From Candidatus Azambacteria bacterium (GTDB lineage Bacteria > Patescibacteriota > Minisyncoccia > GWC2-36-17 > WO2-46-25), in assembly GCA_016200965.1 (NCBI GenBank), contig JACQDT010000026.1:1-61683 (forward strand): DNA of 61,683 nucleotides, written 5' to 3'. Positions 43,220 to 51,549 of this stretch are shown in pieces. The position numbers were made by a program, and so were the translations under genes. Below the pieces are notes generated by a model. The model saw only the letters and a list, made by a program, of their open reading frames with translations. It was not told the DNA's origin and ran no database searches. Each line of letters begins with the position of its first letter. The stretch's first letter is position 1.

Positions 43220-43507
43220 ATGCGCCCAATAAAAAGCTCAAATATAAAAAAGAAAAGTCGGGCGGTTTCTCGCGGGATAACATTCAGACAAGCCCTCTTT
43301 TGGGATACCAATCCAAAAAATATAGACGCCAAAAAACACGCTCGCTATATCATTGAGCGGATTTTAGAGTTTGGACATGATGATGAGGTGCGTTGGATAT
43401 TCAAACAGTATCCGGAGCATATTATAAAAAAAGTCATAAATCTTCCTCGCGTTCAATTAAGTCCTAGATCAAAAACCCTATGGACACTTCTTCTCAAAAC
43501 CAAATAA
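43220..43507 (+). CDS. Small protein upstream of an AbiEii-like NTase (putative antitoxin partner)
   Basis: 95 aa from ATG 43220 (MRPIKSS...). It overlaps the downstream NTase gene by 28 nt. I recognise no motif. Confidence 0.5.
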   Translation: MRPIKSSNIKKKSRAVSRGITFRQALFWDTNPKNIDAKKHARYIIERILEFGHDDEVRWIFKQYPEHIIKKVINLPRVQLSPRSKTLWTLLLKTK

Positions 43508-44160
43508 ACTGGCATTATGAAACATTGCCGCGTCGGACGAAAAAGGCATTTGATTTTTTATCGCAACAAGAGTGGCTAAAGGAATCAAAGTGGTATCTCG
43601 CCGGCGGAACGGCTTTGGCCCTTCAGGCGGGCAATCGCAAGTCCCTCGATTTGGATTTCTTCACGGAAGAAAAAAATTTTGATGAAAAAGAGTTAGCTGC
43701 TCATTTTATTGATAATAAAGATTGGATTACTGAGGTGGAAAGAAAAAATACTATCTACGGAAAGCTCTTGGGAGCTAAAGTAAGTTTTATCGCATATCCA
43801 TTTTTTATGCCAAAACAAAAACCGCTTTGGCATGGGTCGATCCGCGTGCTGAATCAAATTGATATTGCCGTAATGAAAATAACCGCTATTTCGCAACGGG
43901 GTCGAAAAAGAGATTTTTTTGATCTCTATTGGTGCGCGAAAAACATAGAGCCGCTGGAACATATTATCAAACGGCTCAAAGTCCAATATCCGTCCGTAGC
44001 CCATGACTATCATCATATTTTAAAAAGCATGGTGTACTTTGAAGACGCCGAAAGCGATCCGCCGCCAGAAATATTTTTCAAAGCAAGCTGGAACGACGTC
44101 AAAAATTATTTTAAAAAAGAAATCGTGGATATTACCAACGCCATGCTTATAAAAAAATAA
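43480..44160 (+). CDS. Nucleotidyltransferase, AbiEii/DUF1814-like (short form)
   Basis: 226 aa. WYLAGGTALALQAGNRKSLDLDFF and ...RGRKRDFFDLYW are the NTase motifs shared with AbiEii toxins. Confidence 0.7.
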   Translation: MDTSSQNQINWHYETLPRRTKKAFDFLSQQEWLKESKWYLAGGTALALQAGNRKSLDLDFFTEEKNFDEKELAAHFIDNKDWITEVERKNTIYGKLLGAKVSFIAYPFFMPKQKPLWHGSIRVLNQIDIAVMKITAISQRGRKRDFFDLYWCAKNIEPLEHIIKRLKVQYPSVAHDYHHILKSMVYFEDAESDPPPEIFFKASWNDVKNYFKKEIVDITNAMLIKK

Positions 44161-44173
44161 GGTAAAACGGCTA

Positions 44174-44941
44174 TCAGCGGATCCTGAACGCTTTTAAAAC
44201 CAAAGACAACGCAAACAATACCCCGCCGACAAGGATGACTGCGGCGCCGGGAACCACGTCAAATGCGTTCGCAAGCGACACGCCCCCGAGAAATACGACG
44301 ACCCCGAGCATGACCGAGAAAAAGGTCATGCTTTTTAAACTCCATGCGATATTTTTCGCCGTGACCGCCGGCACAATAATCAATGCGCCCATAAGGAGAG
44401 TGCCGACCACTTTAATGCCAAGCGCAATGGCAAGCGCCACCGCCGTGAGAAACATGAACTCCGTCTTTCCTTGCGGCACACCGCTTCCCTTCGCCAATTC
44501 CTGAGAAAATGTCGCCCGCGCGAATTTCGTGAAAAAAATAACGGTCAGCGCGATGAGCGCGGAACCGATTATCGCGGTAAAAAGAGCTTCATGCGGCCCA
44601 ATATTGGATATGTTCCCAAAAAGCGATTCAATCAAGCTCTCTTCGGGAATAAGCACGATACCGATGCCCATCGCGGCCGTAAATATGATGCCAACGAGCG
44701 TTTCGATGGAAAACGCGAATTTCCGCTCCATGAAAAAAATACCTGCAATGGCGATAAAGAGTGCTGTAAATGCGCCCACAAACGGCTGTATTCCCCATAA
44801 AAGCGCAAGCGCCATGCCCGGAAGGGCCACGTGAGACAACACGTCCGACACAAGCGCGAGCCGGCGCAAAATAATAAATACGCCGAGCAAGGCCGCCGCC
44901 GCCGAAACAACAATGCTTACGATAAATAAATTGAAATCCAT
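44174..44941 (-). CDS. Metal (Zn/Mn-type) ABC transporter permease, ABC-3 family
   Basis: 255 aa with about 8 TM helices. Layout is typical of ZnuB/MntB-like permeases and it is adjacent to the ATPase gene. Confidence 0.8.
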   Translation of the reverse strand: MDFNLFIVSIVVSAAAALLGVFIILRRLALVSDVLSHVALPGMALALLWGIQPFVGAFTALFIAIAGIFFMERKFAFSIETLVGIIFTAAMGIGIVLIPEESLIESLFGNISNIGPHEALFTAIIGSALIALTVIFFTKFARATFSQELAKGSGVPQGKTEFMFLTAVALAIALGIKVVGTLLMGALIIVPAVTAKNIAWSLKSMTFFSVMLGVVVFLGGVSLANAFDVVPGAAVILVGGVLFALSLVLKAFRIR

Positions 44942-44947
44942 ATCGTA

Positions 44948-45667
44948 TTATTTCTTTTTATGCTCATGCCGGTACAGCGTCGTGCCGGTGCCGTAGAGCG
45001 CGCCAAGCTGTGCTGAACCAAGCACCGTTTCCGGCGAACCCTCGCACACCATTTTTTTGTTCAGGCACACCACCTTGTCCGCGAAATCATACACCACGCT
45101 CAAATCATGCGAGATAATAATCGAGGTGAGCGACGCCTCCCGTATCACGCTTTTCAACAACGGATAAATGGTTTTTTCTCCTTCAATGTCTATGTTCGCC
45201 GTCGGCTCGTCGAGAAAAAGGATGTTCGGACGCCCCGACATCGCCTGCGCGATGATGACGCGCTGGAGTTCTCCGTGCGATATTTCTCCGATACTTTTAT
45301 GGATAAGGTGCTCCGCTTTCACTCCTTTTAAAAATCCTCTGATTTCCCGATCAGCCGCCGCGCTGTGGCGCCAAAACGGCCGCGGTTCCTTGCCGTATAC
45401 CAGAAAAAATTCCTCCACCGTCAGCGGCGTGGTTTTATCAAAATCAAACTTCTGCGGCACGTATCCGATTTTTTTTTTTTTATGCCACACGATTTCCCCT
45501 TCATACGGCACATCGCCGAGCAAGGCGCGCAAAAGAGTGGTCTTCCCGGCGCCATTGGGCCCGATGAGCGCGACGCTTTCCCCTTCCTGCACGGAAAAAG
45601 ACACGTGCTCCAGCGCGCGCTCGCCGTCGCGCGTCACAGAAAGATTTTTTACTTCAAAAAATGTCAT
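44948..45667 (-). CDS. Metal ABC transporter ATP-binding protein (ZnuC-like)
   Basis: Walker A GPNGAGKTT, signature ISHGELQRV, Walker B ILFLDEP. Confidence 0.9.
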   Translation of the reverse strand: MTFFEVKNLSVTRDGERALEHVSFSVQEGESVALIGPNGAGKTTLLRALLGDVPYEGEIVWHKKKKIGYVPQKFDFDKTTPLTVEEFFLVYGKEPRPFWRHSAAADREIRGFLKGVKAEHLIHKSIGEISHGELQRVIIAQAMSGRPNILFLDEPTANIDIEGEKTIYPLLKSVIREASLTSIIISHDLSVVYDFADKVVCLNKKMVCEGSPETVLGSAQLGALYGTGTTLYRHEHKKK

Positions 45668-46383
45668 ATGATGCGGGCCTGATCAACGTAATATACGTTC
45701 TTTTTCCGTCGTAATCGCACCCCTTCTTTCCGCAACAGAGCTATTTTCCGAGAGATCCCTCTATTATACCCGCCCATGCGCCCGTCGGAAAACACCACGC
45801 GATGACACGGCACATTATGGTTGTAATGTAAGGCAAGCATGGAACCTGCCATGCGCGGTGAAATGCCAAGCGCGCGGGCAATTGCTCTATAGGTTGTTAC
45901 TTTTCCTTTCGGGACGCGCGCAAGCGCACGATAAAACTTTTTTTGTTTTATGAGCGCGGGTTTGGCGTGCGCAAGATAAAAATGCAATCGCCGAAGTGCT
46001 GTCCTCGCATTCTCGAATGTCAGTTTCTGCAATGTTTCTCTGTATGGCAACCAACAAGAAGCAACGTGCTCCTGCGAAAGCGTTACGCGTGTTATGCCGG
46101 TCCGTGCGGCAAAAAGCGTCACCGTCTCTTGAACTAAATGATGGTTTCTCAAAAACGAATACTTGTAATGAACAATAAATCCTGGAACGATAAAAAAATT
46201 CTCAATGTGTGTTTCTTCTTTCGCCTCGCGCACCGCGGCCTGAATTTTTTGTTCGGAGGGTTCTCTTTCTCCTTTGGAAAACCCCCAATCTCCATATCTT
46301 GATTTCAGAAGCAAAAAAAGCATTTTCCCTTTCTCTTGTCTGAAAAATATGATCCCTGCGGATCGCTCCTTTTGCGTTTCCAT
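45664..46383 (-). CDS. Fusion protein: NUDIX hydrolase domain plus MGMT-type (methylated-DNA--protein-cysteine methyltransferase) DNA-binding/active-site domain
   Basis: Nudix box GEREPSEQKIQAAVREAKEETHI. The C-terminal VTTYRAIARALG...NVPCHRVVFSDGRMGGY carries the PCHRV active-site motif. Confidence 0.75.
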   Translation of the reverse strand: METQKERSAGIIFFRQEKGKMLFLLLKSRYGDWGFSKGEREPSEQKIQAAVREAKEETHIENFFIVPGFIVHYKYSFLRNHHLVQETVTLFAARTGITRVTLSQEHVASCWLPYRETLQKLTFENARTALRRLHFYLAHAKPALIKQKKFYRALARVPKGKVTTYRAIARALGISPRMAGSMLALHYNHNVPCHRVVFSDGRMGGYNRGISRKIALLRKEGVRLRRKKNVYYVDQARII

Positions 46384-46386
46384 ATC

Positions 46387-48411
46387 CTATATCCCTTCCA
46401 CAAATTTCTCAAACGCTTCGGCCTTGTTCTCCTCCGGTTTTTCTTCTTCGGTAGAAAGTCCCCTAATGAATTCTTCCGCTTTCTCTTCTTGCTTTGGGAT
46501 TTTGTCTTCTTCAATGGGAATGGTGAAAGAAAATGTGGACCCTTTCCCTTCCTCCGTCTCCGCGAAAACCGCGCCGCCGTGGCGCTCCACGATGTTTTTA
46601 ATGATGAAAAGCCCCAGCCCGCTTCCTTCGGTCTGGAATTTCACCGCGTTCGTTCCTCTGAAAAACTTACTAAACAGCTTCGGCAGTTGTTCCTTGGGAA
46701 TACCGATGCCGGTGTCGGCAACGCTGACCTTAATATACCCCAGCGCCGCTTCCGCGGTCACGGTTATGGCGCCTCCCAAGGGAGTGTATTTGAGCGCGTT
46801 GTCAATAAGGTTTTGCAACACCAGTTCAATGCGCGCGGGATCCATTTTTATCGGGGAAGGAATCGTCCCGCGCTTTTCGAAGGTAAGCGCAATGCTCTTT
46901 TCCTTCGCTTTCATGGTAAAGGCCTCAATGGACTTGATAATCAATGCGGCGGTGTCCGCATAGCGAAAATCAAAACCGAACCTCCCCTCTTCAATGCGCG
47001 CGACATCAAGCATGTCGGTAACCAGCTCAATCATGCGCTCGTTGGACTCGTACCCCTTTTTCAAAAGATCCTTCTGTTCCTGACTTATGGGACCCGCGTC
47101 TTCGTCAAGCATCAAACGAAACACCCACTTAATGGCGGAAAGCGGCGTACGTAACTGATGCGCCGCGACCGAAATGAATTCCGATTTTGATTTCGCGATC
47201 GCCTTTTCTCTGGATACGTCGCGGACCACCTTCAAATAGCGCGCAATGACTCCTTTTTTATCCTTGATGGGGATGGTCACCGTCTGCACGTCCAGTTCAA
47301 GGGGTTTCCCCAGTTTCATTTCAATAATATCGGGCGTTCCATCCTTGATATGAATTTTCTTTACTTCCTCGGCAAGAATCGGATACAGCACCTGCACGAA
47401 AGGAGTGAGGTCCTGCCGACTCACCATCATGTCGGAAGTGACGATGGTATCGACAACCTGCTCTTTTTTCACGCCGAGCATTTCTTCCGCTTTCTGGTTC
47501 ATCAGCAAAATCCGGAATTCGTGATCATACTCAATAATGCCGGTTTCCAGATTGGCGATGATGGCGTCGAGCCGGTCGCGTTCCTGCTCCAGCCGCGCAT
47601 ACGTTTCCTGGAGCGCGGCCGCCATTTCGTTGAATGCGTGCGCAAGCTCGCCCACCTCATCGCGCGAGCGCACGAACACCCGTTTGTTCAAATTTCCTTC
47701 CGTAATGGCGCGGGCGGCGTCGCGCACCTTCACGATGCCGCTTGAAAGCACGTTTGAAAGCACGATGCCGATGACAAACGCGATCAATACCGCTCCCCCG
47801 ACGATGAAAATATTGAATCTGATCGTATTTGCAACGGTAGCCGTTGCGGCCGTGTTTTGCTTGTCAAGCTCATTGAGTTCGTACGCAATTGCCTCCGCAA
47901 TAAATTCTTTCAGATTCTCTTGCCCGCGTCTCAGTTCTTCTTTTTTTGCAAATTGCTCCTCATCGGAAATTTTTTGTTCTTTCAACTGTAACAATTCAAA
48001 AGCAAGTCGTACCACATCCTCTTTCGCGTTGCCTATCTTTCGCGCAAATGCCACTTCTTGTGCCCTTTTCCGATCAATAAGGCGCTGGAACCGTTCTATC
48101 CATTTATTTATTTTTTCAACGCCCGCAAGCAAATCATTCTTATGCGCCGCGACCGCAGGATTATTTGCCTGCATTTCCCCCCCAATGAGCTCAAATCCAA
48201 GCGTGTGCGCTTCAAGCTCATTAGCGGTGCTTTTTATCTCAAGCAAGGCCTGAAGCTGCGGCGTGATCACGTTTACGATCTCATTGAACGACTGGTTGAT
48301 TTGGCGCGCGCCGTGATCCACGCTTAAATAACTCACCATGCCGACGAACCACACAACGAGCGTGAACGCCAAAAGAAGCTTCGCTCTTATATTGAGGCCT
48401 CTTGATTTCAT
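46387..48411 (-). CDS. Sensor histidine kinase (TM-HAMP-PAS-HisKA-HATPase_c)
   Basis: 674 aa. H-box SVAAHQLRTPL, G1 DTGIGI, G2 GSGLGL. Acidic C-terminal tail ends AEAFEKFVEGI. Confidence 0.85.
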   Translation of the reverse strand: MKSRGLNIRAKLLLAFTLVVWFVGMVSYLSVDHGARQINQSFNEIVNVITPQLQALLEIKSTANELEAHTLGFELIGGEMQANNPAVAAHKNDLLAGVEKINKWIERFQRLIDRKRAQEVAFARKIGNAKEDVVRLAFELLQLKEQKISDEEQFAKKEELRRGQENLKEFIAEAIAYELNELDKQNTAATATVANTIRFNIFIVGGAVLIAFVIGIVLSNVLSSGIVKVRDAARAITEGNLNKRVFVRSRDEVGELAHAFNEMAAALQETYARLEQERDRLDAIIANLETGIIEYDHEFRILLMNQKAEEMLGVKKEQVVDTIVTSDMMVSRQDLTPFVQVLYPILAEEVKKIHIKDGTPDIIEMKLGKPLELDVQTVTIPIKDKKGVIARYLKVVRDVSREKAIAKSKSEFISVAAHQLRTPLSAIKWVFRLMLDEDAGPISQEQKDLLKKGYESNERMIELVTDMLDVARIEEGRFGFDFRYADTAALIIKSIEAFTMKAKEKSIALTFEKRGTIPSPIKMDPARIELVLQNLIDNALKYTPLGGAITVTAEAALGYIKVSVADTGIGIPKEQLPKLFSKFFRGTNAVKFQTEGSGLGLFIIKNIVERHGGAVFAETEEGKGSTFSFTIPIEEDKIPKQEEKAEEFIRGLSTEEEKPEENKAEAFEKFVEGI

Positions 48412-50975
48412 AATTCAAGAAAATGCATCTCGCCAAGATGTTCGCCTGTTTTTACTCTTACTACTATAGGAACCTTGAGTTCAAACGCCCCTTCCATGAT
48501 GCGCCGTATTTTTTGCGCAATTTCCTTTATTATAGCATTCTTCACTTCAAACACCAGTTCATCGTGGATCTGGAGCAAAAGCCGCACCCCGTCTCGGAAA
48601 GGGAGTATTTCACGGGCGATGCGGACCATCGCGATCTTGACGATGTCCGCTTGCAAGCCCTGAATTGGCATGTTCTGCGCCATGCGCTCGGCGGAAGATC
48701 TGAGCATCGGATTTCTGGAGTGAATATCGGGGAGCCAGCGCTTGCGCCCAAGGAGCGTTTGGGCGAATCCGTAACGCTCGGCGTTCTTTTTTGCCGTCTC
48801 AATAAACCGCGCGACGTCGGAGAAGTCCCTGAAGTATTCTTCAATGAACCGTCGCGCCGTTTCTACGTCGATTCCCGCGGCAGCCGCAAAACTCCGCTCT
48901 CCCATACCGTATAAGATGCCGAAATTAAGCGCTTTGGCCGCCGAACGCATTTCCTGCGTCACTTTCTCTGGCGGCATATGGTTGATCTCCGCCGCGGTCG
49001 CGCGATGGATGTCTCCCCCCTCGCGGAAAATGCGGATCATCTTCTCGTCTCCCGACAGCGACGCGACAATGCGCAGTTCTATCTGGGAAAAATCAAACGA
49101 AAGAAATGTAAATCCCTCATCGGCTATAAACACCGAACGGATCGCTTGTGCGTGTTCTCCTTTCTGCGGAATATTTTGTAAATTCGGCTCGGAAGAAGAA
49201 AGCCGTCCGGTTGCGGTCGCGGTCTGGCTGAATATGGTATGCACTCTCTGGTCTTTGCCCGTCTCTTTGATAAGGGCGTCCACATACGTGCTTTTGAGCT
49301 TCGCAAGCTCGCGCCAATGCAGGACCTCCGGGATGATGGGGTGGGCACCGCGCAGTTTTTCAAGCTCGTCCGCCTTGGTGCTCACCATGCCTGTTTTTGT
49401 CTTCTTCGCTCTCCCTTCTTTTTTTATGCCAAGCTTTTCAAAAAGAATCTGCGACATCTGCAAAGGAGAATCAATATTGAACTCGCCTCCCGCCAAACGC
49501 CATATGGTTTTTTGTATCGCCTTTTTTTCTTGTTCAAAATTCTCGGAAAGTTTTTTCAATTTCGTCCCGTCTACTCTGATACCAAGAAGCTCCATGCGGG
49601 CAAGCACGCCGGCAAGCGGCATTTCTATTTCAGAGAACAATTTCCAAAGCCCTTCTTTCTTTAATTTTTCTCCGAGTTTTTCTTTCAACGCGAACAACAC
49701 ATGGGGCGCCACCGCGGAAATTTCTTCTTCAAGCAACACGCGGTGCAAAGGATATGCGCGCTCGCCCGGCGAAAGAAGGTACGCCGCGATATGCGCGTCA
49801 AAATCAAATCCTGCGGGCGCAATACCCTGGGCAACGCATGCTTTGACAAGTTGTTTCATGTCATACCCGATTTTCACCGTGCGGGCGCTCTCCAAAAACG
49901 GCCTTGCCTGAGCAAGGGGAAACCGATATGTCGCGCCGTCTTTTTTGGCGACATCGCAATGCGCGCCATCCCACGTCAGGGCGAGTTCATTTTCTTTGGC
50001 AAGTTTTTGCGCGGCCGTCGCCGATGCTTCTTTCACGGATGCCCTTTCCTCTGTGCCGGCCGATGCGCCGTGTGCGGGATTTGCTCCGGCGGAGGAAGCA
50101 TGATGATGCGTCTGCATGCGCGACACTAACGTAAAAAACCCGAGTTTTTTAAACAACGCCTCAACCCTATCTTTGTCGTATCTGCCGAAACGCGCCCGCG
50201 AAAGATCAAGTTCAAGCGGCACGTCGCGGCGTATCGTGGCAAGCCCTTTGGAAAACAGCGCTTCGTCTTTGCGCCCTTCAAGTTTTTTCTTCATCTTTTC
50301 AGGCAACTCATCCAGATGCGCAAAAAGATTTTCCACGCTCCCCCAGCGGGAAAGCAGATCGGTCGCCGTTTTGTCGCCCACGCCCGGCACGCCGGGAATA
50401 TTGTCGGAGGGGTCGCCTTTGAGCCCTTTGAAATCAGCCATCTGCGAGGGCTCAAGTCCGAACCGATCCCTGACCGCTTTTTCGTCGTAGATCACCGTAT
50501 CCGAAATTCCTTTTTTCAGCGTGTACACCTGGGTGTTTTTATCCACCAACTGCAGGGCATCAAGATCGCCCGTGATGATGATGCATGTGATCTTCGTTTT
50601 TTGTTCTTTTATTTTTTCAGCGATGGTGCCGACGACATCATCGGCTTCAAATCCCTCCTTTTCAAATACGGGAATGGAAAAAGCGCGGACCACCTCTTTG
50701 ACCTTTTCAAATTGCACTATTAAATCATCCGGGGTCTTGGGACGGTGCGCTTTGTAGTCGGCAAATTCTTCGTGGCGGAAGGTCGGCGCGGCCAGGTCAA
50801 ACGTCGCGATGACATAGTCCGGCTTCAGCTCGCGGATCATTTTCAACAGCACGCTCGCAAAGCCGTATACGGCGTTGGTCGGCTGGCCGTTGTGCGACAG
50901 CGGCGGGAGCGCGTGATACGAGCGGTGCACCAGCGCGTTGCCGTCAATTAAAACTAATTTTTCGGGTTGTTTCAT
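48408..50975 (-). CDS. polA: DNA polymerase I
   Basis: 855 aa. 5'-3' exonuclease N-terminus (LIDGNALVHRSYHA) and polymerase motifs FDFSQIELRIVA and LLQIHDELVFEV. The central exonuclease-like region looks degenerate. Confidence 0.95.
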   Translation of the reverse strand: MKQPEKLVLIDGNALVHRSYHALPPLSHNGQPTNAVYGFASVLLKMIRELKPDYVIATFDLAAPTFRHEEFADYKAHRPKTPDDLIVQFEKVKEVVRAFSIPVFEKEGFEADDVVGTIAEKIKEQKTKITCIIITGDLDALQLVDKNTQVYTLKKGISDTVIYDEKAVRDRFGLEPSQMADFKGLKGDPSDNIPGVPGVGDKTATDLLSRWGSVENLFAHLDELPEKMKKKLEGRKDEALFSKGLATIRRDVPLELDLSRARFGRYDKDRVEALFKKLGFFTLVSRMQTHHHASSAGANPAHGASAGTEERASVKEASATAAQKLAKENELALTWDGAHCDVAKKDGATYRFPLAQARPFLESARTVKIGYDMKQLVKACVAQGIAPAGFDFDAHIAAYLLSPGERAYPLHRVLLEEEISAVAPHVLFALKEKLGEKLKKEGLWKLFSEIEMPLAGVLARMELLGIRVDGTKLKKLSENFEQEKKAIQKTIWRLAGGEFNIDSPLQMSQILFEKLGIKKEGRAKKTKTGMVSTKADELEKLRGAHPIIPEVLHWRELAKLKSTYVDALIKETGKDQRVHTIFSQTATATGRLSSSEPNLQNIPQKGEHAQAIRSVFIADEGFTFLSFDFSQIELRIVASLSGDEKMIRIFREGGDIHRATAAEINHMPPEKVTQEMRSAAKALNFGILYGMGERSFAAAAGIDVETARRFIEEYFRDFSDVARFIETAKKNAERYGFAQTLLGRKRWLPDIHSRNPMLRSSAERMAQNMPIQGLQADIVKIAMVRIAREILPFRDGVRLLLQIHDELVFEVKNAIIKEIAQKIRRIMEGAFELKVPIVVRVKTGEHLGEMHFLEL

Positions 50976-50991
50976 TGGATATCCTTTTCTG

Positions 50992-51042
50992 TGTAATACA
51001 GATTGTACATGAAAACAGCGATAGCAAATTTCACGTACAATT
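50992..51042 (-). repeat. Copy 2 (inverted orientation) of the ~52-nt hairpin repeat
   Basis: The reverse complement of 50992-51008 is gtacaatctgtattaca (identical 17-mer to 13493-13509). The reverse complement of 51033-51041 is attgtacgt. The core is ttgctatcgct. Arms attgtac (51002-51008) and gtacaat (51035-51041) pair. Confidence 0.7.
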
Positions 51043-51079
51043 CATTTTTTCTGCTTTCTGAATACCTTTGCACGCATGC

Positions 51080-51526
51080 TCAACTGAAACTAATTTTTCG
51101 GGAGTGTTCGCCGACATGGAAAAATTTCACGATGATTTTTTTGTGTGGAAGCGCGCCTTTTATTTTTTCCGCCCACTCGATCAACACCAGATTTTCCGGA
51201 TGCGCCAACACTTCTAAAAGCCCAATGGCCGCCGCTTCTTTTGATCTTTCCAGCCGATAACAATCCAAATGATAAAACCGCGTAAAATGCCTTCTTTCAA
51301 TGCGGTGCTCGCGCATGAGTATGAACGTAGGGCTTTTCACTTTCTCTTTCACGCCAAGTCCCTCGGCAAACCCTTGCGCAAACGTCGTTTTGCCCGCGCC
51401 AAGCGGCCCCGAAAGCGCAATCACCGTGGCCGCTTTCCCTTTGGGAAATTCGCTTGCAATCGCACGGGCAAACTCCCGCGCCACCGCTTTTGTTTCCTCT
51501 GCGCTTTTGGTTACGAGAACGGACAT
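51080..51526 (-). CDS. tsaE: tRNA t6A37 biosynthesis ATPase TsaE
   Basis: 148 aa. P-loop LSGPLGAGKTTFAQG and SPTFILMREH...HLDCYRL. Confidence 0.85.
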   Translation of the reverse strand: MSVLVTKSAEETKAVAREFARAIASEFPKGKAATVIALSGPLGAGKTTFAQGFAEGLGVKEKVKSPTFILMREHRIERRHFTRFYHLDCYRLERSKEAAAIGLLEVLAHPENLVLIEWAEKIKGALPHKKIIVKFFHVGEHSRKISFS

Positions 51527-51549
51527 GTGTGCGAAATACTCATGGTGTT

